From assembly GCA_965248435.1 (NCBI GenBank), contig OZ252100.1, positions 2,368,001-2,432,000 of the forward strand: a DNA stretch of 64,000 nucleotides. Reading direction: 5' to 3'. Origin of the DNA: Candidatus Latescibacterota bacterium. Its GTDB lineage: Bacteria; Latescibacterota; UBA2968; GCA-2709665. Positions 56,726-64,000 of the stretch are shown piece by piece; position 1 is the first letter of the stretch, and each line of letters starts with the position of its first letter. The notes beneath the pieces were generated by a model that worked only from the letters and a program-made list of their open reading frames with translations, made no database searches and was not told where the DNA came from. The position numbers and the translations under genes are program-made.

Positions 56726-58246
56726 GTGAATCAGTTCGGTTATCGACCGAACGGAATGTCCCTGTGGGACACGTGGTACGTCGAACACGACGGCGCCGCG
56801 CACATGTTTTATCTCCAGCGCCATCTTCCCAGCTCCGGCCGACCGGAATCGGACGCCCACAACATCGGCCACGCCGTATCCAGAGACCTGATCCATTGGG
56901 AGGAACGCCCCCCTGCCCTGTGGCCCGGACCTGCCGGCGGACTGGACGACCTGCAGCATTTTACGGGATGTGCGACAAAACACGACGGCAGGTTCTACCT
57001 CTACTACACGATGCGGTCGTCCACCAACCAGGCCAAAGCGCAGCACATCGGCCTGGCCACGAGTGAAAACCTCGAAACCTGGGATCGATATTCCGGTAAC
57101 CCCGTGATCTCCCCCGACCCGCGCTGGTACGTAAGCCACGACAATCCACTCCCGTGCGGGGTCGTCGACTGTCGGGACCTGGTCGTCGTCCGCCACCCCG
57201 ACGGGGACGGATGGCTTGGTTTTTATGCCGCCATGAAACACGCGGAGGAATTGGCCGAGGGTGCGGCGATCGCGGCGGTGCGGTCTGCGGACCTGCTCCA
57301 CTGGGAGCACCTGCCGCCGGCGTTCGCGCCGAAGAAGTACAACATTCTGGAGGTTCCCGACATCTTCTGCATAGACGGGCGCTGGTATCTGACCTGCCTT
57401 GTCGGCCACGGACTCGGGAACCGTGGCATCTTCTCTGACCCGCACGTCGCGATAGGCACGATCTATGCCGTTGCCGATCGCCCGGAAGGACCCTACCACG
57501 AGTTGGAGGATGACCAGATCCTGATCGGCGGCGTCAACGATTCCGGTTACTCCTGCCGCAGCCTCGAGTTCGAGGGAGAACGGATGATGTTCTACACCCA
57601 GCGCATCGCCGACGGCAGCGTCCTCTCGCCGCCGATGCGGGTGATCACGACCGATGAAGGGCACCTGCGCCTGGCGTGGTCGCCCCGCACGTCTGCCTAC
57701 AGACAAAAGGAACTCATCTCACTGGGCGAGGCCCCCTTGATCGTCTCACTCCCATCCAGTCGGAACAACTGGGAGCAACCGACGGGCCGGTGGCGAATCG
57801 AGGAGAATCGCTACATCGGGGAATCCCGTACGGGGTGGCAGGTCGCCGATCTCGGTCTGGGCAGTGCCGACGTCGAGGTTGAAGCGCGAATAACGCTTCA
57901 CGATGCCGCCGCCGCGGGTCTCGTCTGGCGGGCAGATGCGTCCAAACCCTTCAGCTCAGAATCAGATATGGTCTTCCTGCTCGAGGGAAGGGATCAGTGC
58001 GTAAGGGCCGCGCACCTCAACCTGTTCGAAGACCCGACGGTCCGATGTTGGCCCGTCGAAATGGGTCGCCCCTATCATCTTCGGGTTTGTATCCGCCGGC
58101 CGTGGATCGAGATTTACGTCGGCGATCTTCTGGTGCTTCAATGCAGCACCGAGATGGCGGAACCGACGCGACCCAGCGTCGGACTCTTTGTGGATCGCGG
58201 CCGCGCAGAATTGACCGATATCGCGGTTTATGCGCTCGGCGTATGA
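56726..58246 (+). CDS. GH32/GH43-like five-bladed beta-propeller hydrolase
   Basis: WDTWY, HMFYL, GHAVSRDLIHW, DCRD, EVPD. Confidence 0.8.
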   Translation: MNQFGYRPNGMSLWDTWYVEHDGAAHMFYLQRHLPSSGRPESDAHNIGHAVSRDLIHWEERPPALWPGPAGGLDDLQHFTGCATKHDGRFYLYYTMRSSTNQAKAQHIGLATSENLETWDRYSGNPVISPDPRWYVSHDNPLPCGVVDCRDLVVVRHPDGDGWLGFYAAMKHAEELAEGAAIAAVRSADLLHWEHLPPAFAPKKYNILEVPDIFCIDGRWYLTCLVGHGLGNRGIFSDPHVAIGTIYAVADRPEGPYHELEDDQILIGGVNDSGYSCRSLEFEGERMMFYTQRIADGSVLSPPMRVITTDEGHLRLAWSPRTSAYRQKELISLGEAPLIVSLPSSRNNWEQPTGRWRIEENRYIGESRTGWQVADLGLGSADVEVEARITLHDAAAAGLVWRADASKPFSSESDMVFLLEGRDQCVRAAHLNLFEDPTVRCWPVEMGRPYHLRVCIRRPWIEIYVGDLLVLQCSTEMAEPTRPSVGLFVDRGRAELTDIAVYALGV

Positions 58247-58253
58247 TATTACC

Positions 58254-58278
58254 GTAGAGACACCCCGGTGGGGCGTCT
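58254..58278 (+). repeat. GTAG-type REP
   Basis: GTAGAGACACCCCGGTGGGGCGTCT. Confidence 0.7.
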
Positions 58279-58313
58279 ATCGCCGTTTACATCCCTCGCA
58301 AAGGTGACCATCC

Positions 58314-59213
58314 ATGATCTGGGCCAATCTTTTGCATCTCAGCTTCAACATGTGGGAAGATCGGATCGAACCGAGCCGGGAAGTTCGTGGCTACCGACCC
58401 CATCTTCAGTTCGACGAGTCGCTCTGGAACGACATCCTGGAGAGGATGGCGCATGCCGGCATGAACATGGTCGTTATCGATCTGGGAGACGGCGTCCAGT
58501 ATCACAGTCATCCCGAGATCGCGGTCGAAGACGCCTGGACCGTCGATAAACTGAAGGAGGAAATCTCCACGATCCGCGACCTCGGAATGGAGCCGATCCC
58601 GAAACTGAACTTCGCCACCACGCACGACGCCTGGCTGGGTGAATACGCACGCCAGGTTTCGACCGATGCCTATTATACCGTCTGTGCGGATTTGATTTCA
58701 GAGGTCATCGAAATCTTCGAGAATCCTCGATTCTTCCACCTGGGCATGGATGAGGAGACGGCTGATCATCAACGCCATTCCGAATACGTCGTCGTCCGCC
58801 AGTACGACCTCTACTGGCACGACTTCCACTTCTACCTCGATCAGGTCACGAAGGCCGATGTCCGTCCATGGATATGGTCCGACTACGTGTGGCGTCATCC
58901 CGAAATCTTTTTCAAAGAAATGCCTGGGGAGGTCCTCCAGAGCAACTGGTATTACAGACTCGAAGTCGATGAAGGCAACCCCCGCGTCAAGACGTTCACC
59001 GATCTCGATGAACGTGGATATGATCAAATCCCCACGGGCAGCAATGTCGTAGAATCCGAGAATTTCGGAATGATCGTCGACTATTGCAAACGCCACATCG
59101 CTTCCGAGCATCTCCTGGGATTCCTGCAAACACCGTGGATCTTGACCACGGAGCCCTACCGGCAGCGTCACATGGAGGCGATTCAACAGGTCGCAGAGGC
59201 CATCACGGCATAG
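58314..59213 (+). CDS. GH20-like TIM-barrel protein
   Basis: YHSHPEI, PIPKLNF...HDAWL, FFHLGMDEE, IWSD, NWYY. Confidence 0.75.
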   Translation: MIWANLLHLSFNMWEDRIEPSREVRGYRPHLQFDESLWNDILERMAHAGMNMVVIDLGDGVQYHSHPEIAVEDAWTVDKLKEEISTIRDLGMEPIPKLNFATTHDAWLGEYARQVSTDAYYTVCADLISEVIEIFENPRFFHLGMDEETADHQRHSEYVVVRQYDLYWHDFHFYLDQVTKADVRPWIWSDYVWRHPEIFFKEMPGEVLQSNWYYRLEVDEGNPRVKTFTDLDERGYDQIPTGSNVVESENFGMIVDYCKRHIASEHLLGFLQTPWILTTEPYRQRHMEAIQQVAEAITA

Positions 59214-59220
59214 GATGGAA

Positions 59221-59985
59221 ATGGCGGGACAACTGGAAGGAAAAGTCGCCCTCGTTACCGGAGGCAGCACCGGAATCGGACGGGCGGCTGCCCTGGCCTT
59301 CGCCATGGAGGGCGCAAAGGTGGTCGTCGGTGACGTCGACCCCGAGGGTGGCGAGGAAACTATAAACCAGGTTCGAGGCGCGAACGGAGAGGGGATGTTT
59401 GTCCGCACGGACGTCTCCAGGTCTGAAGACGTATTGGCGTTGGTCGCCGAGATCGTCAAGACTTACGGTTCACTGGATTGCGCACACAATAACGCCGGCG
59501 TCCTGGGTCCCCTGGCGCCGATACCAGAATATCCCGAAGAGGATTGGAACCGGGTCATCAACACCAACGTCAAGGGCGTGTGGCTCTGCATGAAGTTCGA
59601 GATCGCTCAGATGCTGAAGCAGGGAGGCGGATCCATCGTCAACACGGCCTCTGTCGCCGGTCTCGTCGGGTCAAGGACCGGGCAGTCGGCCTACAACGCG
59701 AGCAAACACGCGGTCGTCGGGCTGACCCGGACAGCCGCTCTGGAAAACGCACAAAAAGGGATCCGGGTCAATGTCGTCTGTCCCGGGACAACGCGTACTC
59801 AAATGATGGATCAATTCTTCGATGGGCGCCCGGATCTGGAGGAGAGTGTCACCGCGCAATATCCGATCGGACGCCTCGGAAAGCCTGACGAAATCGCGGA
59901 GGCCGTAGTCTGGCTCTGCTCCGACGCCGCCTCGTTCGTTACGGGACACGCCTTCCCGGTCGACGGCGGCTTTGTCGCGCAATAA
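59221..59985 (+). CDS. Short-chain dehydrogenase/reductase
   Basis: TGGSTGIG, NNAG, YNASK, NVVCPG, VDGG. Confidence 0.93.
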   Translation: MAGQLEGKVALVTGGSTGIGRAAALAFAMEGAKVVVGDVDPEGGEETINQVRGANGEGMFVRTDVSRSEDVLALVAEIVKTYGSLDCAHNNAGVLGPLAPIPEYPEEDWNRVINTNVKGVWLCMKFEIAQMLKQGGGSIVNTASVAGLVGSRTGQSAYNASKHAVVGLTRTAALENAQKGIRVNVVCPGTTRTQMMDQFFDGRPDLEESVTAQYPIGRLGKPDEIAEAVVWLCSDAASFVTGHAFPVDGGFVAQ

Positions 59986-60002
59986 CTACCTAGGAGGCCG
60001 TA

Positions 60003-61091
60003 ATGCAGGATAACAGCAATGAGATGATCGTCTACATAGGGACCTGGACCCACCTGGACGCGAACAGTGAGGGCATCTACATCTACCGCCTGGACCTCTC
60101 CTCCGGCGCGCTCGAATTCGCCGGCCTTGTTCCGGAGAGCGATGACCCCTCCTATCTGGCCGTAGATCCCAAACATCGATTCATCTACGTGGTTCACGAA
60201 GTCCGCAAACCTCACGGGACCGTCTCCGCCTTTTCCATCCATCCCGAAACCGGCGCGCTCACCCATCTGAGCGAGCGCTCCACGCAAAGTGGGGGCCCGT
60301 GCTACCTGAGTATGGATAAGACCGGAAAGCTGGTGCTCGTGTCGAACTACCACGGCGGGAGCGTCACGGTCCTGCCGGTAGAGCAGGATGGACAGCTGGG
60401 GGAGGCGACGGATCACGTCCAGCATCACGGATCGAGCGTTAACCCCGGGCGACAGGGCGAGCCTCACCCGCACTCGATTCTGGTGGATCCATCAAATCGA
60501 TTCGCCTTCGTGCCCGATCTGGGGATCGACAAGGTCATGATCTATCAGCTCGACCTCCCTTCCGGAACGTTGCAGCCGAACGATCCTCCCTGGGTAGAGG
60601 TGAAGCCCGGCGCCGGCCCGCGTCATCTCATCTTTCATCCCGAAGGTAGGTATGCCTTCCTGGCGAACGAACTCGATTCTACGGTTAGTTCCTTCAATTA
60701 CAGCGAGTCGACCGGATCGCTGCAGGAAGTTTCGACGCTGCCTACGCTTCCGGACGGATTCGAAGGAGCGAATTACCCTTCGGACATCCACGTCGTTCCG
60801 TCAGGCGCATTTGTCTACGCCTCGAACCGGGGCCACGACAGCATCGCGATCTTTGCGGTCGATCAGAAGACCGGCGAGCTCACGCCCGTCGGCCACGAGT
60901 CAACCCAGGGACGGACCCCTCGCGGCTTCGCCATCGACCCGACAGGGACCTTCCTGCTGGCCGCGAATCAGGACACGAACACCGTGATTACCCTCAAGAT
61001 CGATCCAGAAACGGGCGAACTCGAGCCGACCGGCCATGTCGCCGAAGTGCCCGGCCCGGTATGCATGAAGATGATTCGGCCCAAGACCTAG
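60003..61091 (+). CDS. Lactonase, 6-phosphogluconolactonase (YbhE-type) family
   Basis: YIGT, PSYL, NYHGG, HPHS, VPDLGID, GAGPRH, YASNRGHDSI, PRGF. Confidence 0.92.
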   Translation: MQDNSNEMIVYIGTWTHLDANSEGIYIYRLDLSSGALEFAGLVPESDDPSYLAVDPKHRFIYVVHEVRKPHGTVSAFSIHPETGALTHLSERSTQSGGPCYLSMDKTGKLVLVSNYHGGSVTVLPVEQDGQLGEATDHVQHHGSSVNPGRQGEPHPHSILVDPSNRFAFVPDLGIDKVMIYQLDLPSGTLQPNDPPWVEVKPGAGPRHLIFHPEGRYAFLANELDSTVSSFNYSESTGSLQEVSTLPTLPDGFEGANYPSDIHVVPSGAFVYASNRGHDSIAIFAVDQKTGELTPVGHESTQGRTPRGFAIDPTGTFLLAANQDTNTVITLKIDPETGELEPTGHVAEVPGPVCMKMIRPKT

Positions 61092-61092
61092 A

Positions 61093-61305
61093 CTACAGGT
61101 CTGCTAAAAGCCCGCGCGCCTCGTCGGCCCGCTCCTGAGCGACCTGAATCTTGACCTGGCCGACGCCATACAAGTTCTGAAGCGCCTCGTCTCCAGCCAC
61201 GACGTAGAGAATCCCGGCGTCGTCCAGAATCGACTTCGCAAGAGCGATCACGGCCATGTTGTCCGGTTCCAGCACGGTGACCAGCTCGTTCGCATCTCCT
61301 TCCAT
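61093..61305 (-). CDS. DUF2007-like small protein
   Basis: LVTV..., ALAKSILDDAGI, VKIQV..E.ADEARGLL; GAGGT upstream. Confidence 0.8.
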   Translation of the reverse strand: MEGDANELVTVLEPDNMAVIALAKSILDDAGILYVVAGDEALQNLYGVGQVKIQVAQERADEARGLLADL

Positions 61306-61406
61306 ACCCACCTCGCAGTTTAACGTTTAGTCAGAGTTCGCCTTCCCTATACATAATATAATAGGTAAGCGCTCGTCCGGGACAAGCTCTACTCCGCCGA
61401 TGCATC

Positions 61407-61569
61407 TGTCATTCCGAGCGCAGGCGAGGAATCTCAGCGTGCGATGCAGCACCCGCTACCTCGAGATATGGTTCAGAGAGTACTTCAGTTCTGAGATCCC
61501 TCGTCGCCCGCGTTTGTACTTTTCACCAAAAGAACAGCTTGACGTTCCGAGGGGCTCCTCGGGATGACA
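61407..61569. repeat. TGTCAT-ended palindromic element (RPE-like)
   Basis: TGTCATTCCGAGCGCAGGCGAGGAATCTCAG ... CTGAGATCCCTCG(tcgccc..gggctc)CTCGGGATGACA. Confidence 0.75.
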
Positions 61570-61610
61570 AACTTGGTGATTGAACGTGTGATGTGATGAA
61601 TTGTGCTTCA

Positions 61611-61640
61611 GTCCGCAATCCAAAATTCGCAATCCGCAAT
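61611..61640 (+). repeat. AATCCGC heptamer tract (also 12395-12422 minus, 25151-25167, 49361-49383, 62503-62535)
   Basis: GTCCGCAATCCAAAATTCGCAATCCGCAAT. Confidence 0.7.
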
Positions 61641-61655
61641 TTCCTCGCGATTCGC

Positions 61656-61684
61656 TTGACTTAAACTTCCCAATCCCCCATCTT
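61656..61684 (+). promoter_or_regulatory. Possible sigma70 promoter
   Basis: TTGACT-17 nt-CATCTT upstream of the RraA-family gene. Confidence 0.4.
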
Positions 61685-61744
61685 GGAAGCCCAAATCAGC
61701 ACCTGAATCGACTCTATCTCTCACCGGCAGGGCAGGAGGAAGCG

Positions 61745-62470
61745 ATGACCGAGCAAGAAATGCTGGAAGAATTGAAGAACTTCGACACGCCGTCCATCAC
61801 GAACGTGGTCGCCACATATCCGGATCATCCACTCTGCCTGGGACTCTACAATCCCTGGTCGGAAAACTGGTACACGGACCAGTCGATTCGGTGCATGTAT
61901 CCCGAAATGGGCCCGATCGTCGGGTATGCCGTGACCACTGTCTATGGCCTCCCCGACCCGGGCTACTCGCGGCTCACATTCATGGACGCCATCGACGCTC
62001 TGGACGCCTCGAAGAAGCCCGCGATCTACGCCTTCCAGCAGAAATTTCCACGAAGACTGGCGGGCAAGATCGGGCTCGCCGGGGGCAACATGACGTCGGC
62101 CATGAAGGCGGTCGGCTGCGTGGGGGCGATATCGAACGGTCCCTCGAGAGACATCGATGAAATCCGCCCGATGAAATTTCAGTACCTGCTCAGCGGCATC
62201 ACGCCGGGTCACGGGGGCATGGCCATTCACGCCGTGAACGTCCCCGTCAGAATCGCCGGCATGGACGTTTCTCCTGGCGAGATCATCCACATGGACGAAA
62301 ACGGGGCCTGCAAGTTCCCGGCCGACCAGCTCGAGGCCGTGCTCACGAACGTGAGGGCCTTGATCGAAGAGGAGGAGGAGCGGATCGGCCGTCTCCAGAA
62401 GGCGAAAACCGCGGCCGAAGTCAGGGACATCTTCGCCGGAAAGTCCTACGCCGCCAAGAAGGACTCCTGA
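61745..62470 (+). CDS. RraA / HMG-CHA aldolase family protein
   Basis: FDTPSITN, VGYAVT, GCVGAISNGPSRDIDEI, PGEIIHMDENG; AGGAGG upstream. Confidence 0.88.
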   Translation: MTEQEMLEELKNFDTPSITNVVATYPDHPLCLGLYNPWSENWYTDQSIRCMYPEMGPIVGYAVTTVYGLPDPGYSRLTFMDAIDALDASKKPAIYAFQQKFPRRLAGKIGLAGGNMTSAMKAVGCVGAISNGPSRDIDEIRPMKFQYLLSGITPGHGGMAIHAVNVPVRIAGMDVSPGEIIHMDENGACKFPADQLEAVLTNVRALIEEEEERIGRLQKAKTAAEVRDIFAGKSYAAKKDS

Positions 62471-62562
62471 CCGAAAGATGAAGGCCTGCGGTGAATGCCT
62501 TCCAATCCGCAATCCCAATTCCGCAATCCGCAATTGGATGACGATTCACGAACGACGGCTCC

Positions 62563-63952
62563 ATGATCCTCGAACAGTATTACCTTGGCTGTCTCGCGCA
62601 CGCCTCCTACCTCATCGGTGACGAAGAGACCCGTCAGGCTGTGGTCCTCGATCCGCAGCGCGACATCGACCAGTACCTGGACGATGCCCGAAAACACGAC
62701 CTTCAGATCAGCCATGTCTTCCTCAGCCACTTCCACGCCGACTTTCTTGCCGGACATCTCGAGCTCAGAGATCGCGTCGGCGCGCAGATCTGTCTGGGCG
62801 CGCGCGCGAAGGCCGAATACGGATTCAGGGCCATGAAAGACGGGGACGGACTCGAGCTCGGCAAAGTGCGGATCGAAGTCCTGGAGACACCGGGTCACTC
62901 CCCCGAGTCGATATCCCTCCTCGTCTACGATCTGGAGCAGGACGGCGACCAACCCCACGCGGTGCTCACGGGCGACACGCTCTTCATCGGGGACGTCGGG
63001 CGCCCCGACCTCAGGGCATCGCTCGGCTGGTCTGCCGAAGAGCTGGGTGCGATGCTCTACGATTCACTCAAAGAAAAACTCCTGGTGCTTCCCGACGAGA
63101 CGCTCGTCTACCCGGCCCACGGGGCCGGTTCCATGTGCGGAAAAAATCTGAGCCAGGATACCGTCTCCACGATCGGGACACAGCGTCGCTTCAACTATGC
63201 CCTCCAGCCCATGAGTCGCGAGGAATTCATCCGAATCGTCACGGCCGATCAGGCCGAGGCCCCGGCGTATTTCACCTACGATGCAGTCCTGAACACCAAG
63301 GAGCACCCCACGCTCGACCAGACGCTCGAACGCGAGCTCAAGCCGCTCGAGCTGGAAGAGATCCTCAAGCTCGAAGACGCACAGCTGCTGGACGTCAGGG
63401 AACCGACCGACTACGAAGGGGCGCACCTCGTCGGCAGCATCAACATCGGACTTGGAGGCAAATACGCCACGTGGGCGGGGACCCTCCTTTCTCCGGATCG
63501 GCCCATCGTCATCATCTCAGACCCGGGCAGTGAAGAGGAAGCCGCGACTCGGCCGGATCGGCTTCGACCGCGTGGCCGGCTACCTGGAAGGCGGCATGCA
63601 GGCCCTGGGTGATCGACAGGATCTCGTCGCGAGGACAGAACGAATCACCGCAGCGAATCTCTCCGAGCAGCTCGCCGACGCGAAACCGCCCGTCATCCTG
63701 GACGTCCGGACCCCGATAGAATGGGAGGCCGAACAGATCGTCGGCAGCCTCAACATTCCCCTGAATCGTTTACAAGAGCAGATCGGCGAGCTTCCCGAAG
63801 GCCCTCCGGTCGTCGTTCACTGCGAATCGGGCTATCGCTCGGCCATCGCCGCCAGCATTCTAGAGATGCACCGTCAGGAGGACGTCGCCGATCTGGTCGG
63901 CGGGCTCGAAGCCTGGCGACTCGCGAAACTTGAAACCACATCTTTGGGTTGA
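62563..63952 (+). pseudogene. MBL-fold hydrolase (persulfide dioxygenase-like) fused to two rhodanese domains, frameshifted near 63548-63552
   Basis: CLAHASY, HFHADF, TPGH, TGDTLFIGDVGRPDL, PAHGAGS.CG; second frame LGRIGFD...HCESGYRS; restoring one CTCGG unit gives AATRLGRIG. Confidence 0.88.
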
Positions 63953-63987
63953 ATCTTCTTGGGAAACCGTTCAAAGGGGAGACCGAA

Positions 63988-64000
63988 ATGAAGGCCGCCG
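63988..64000 (+). CDS. Start of next gene (MKAA...), truncated by the window edge
   Basis: ATG preceded by AGGGGAG. Confidence 0.4.

Noticed and set aside
1-64000. CRISPR array, cas genes, integron, prophage, retron/DGR or IS transposase
   Set aside because: No regularly spaced direct repeats and no nuclease, integrase, reverse transcriptase or transposase motifs in the ORF track

Overview
64 kb GC-rich bacterial chromosome segment. Gene content (LptD, the MoxR/DUF58/DUF4159/DUF4175 block, many stand-alone cNMP-binding proteins, long catabolic arrays) suggests an FCB-group organism, possibly Latescibacterota-like; this is an inference. Layout: (1) 1.6-19.4 kb, a minus-strand housekeeping run (lptD-dtd-maf-rodZ-like-priA-flippase-DUF4159-DUF4175-TPR-hypothetical-moxR-DUF58). 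(2) 19.5-30 kb, a signalling-rich zone: cNMP-PAS histidine kinase, two stand-alone cNMP proteins, HDOD, lysA, tRNA-Leu(TAG), and a sigma54-type promoter ahead of two tiny ORFs absent from the ORF track. (3) 30.3-35.9 kb, a four-gene secreted LamG-TPR/WD40/WD40/TPR-lipoprotein operon. (4) 36-64 kb, an almost entirely plus-strand array of catabolic genes with several broken or collapsed genes. No CRISPR array, rRNA, transposase or integrase was seen. The most unusual signal is intergenic: several families of short palindromic or tandem-repeat elements. One is a three-level nested element whose inserts can be removed in silico to restore the host hairpin exactly, with an empty allele in the same window. 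Two 5' leaders also share a near-identical terminator hairpin. All product calls come from motif recognition by eye, not database searches.
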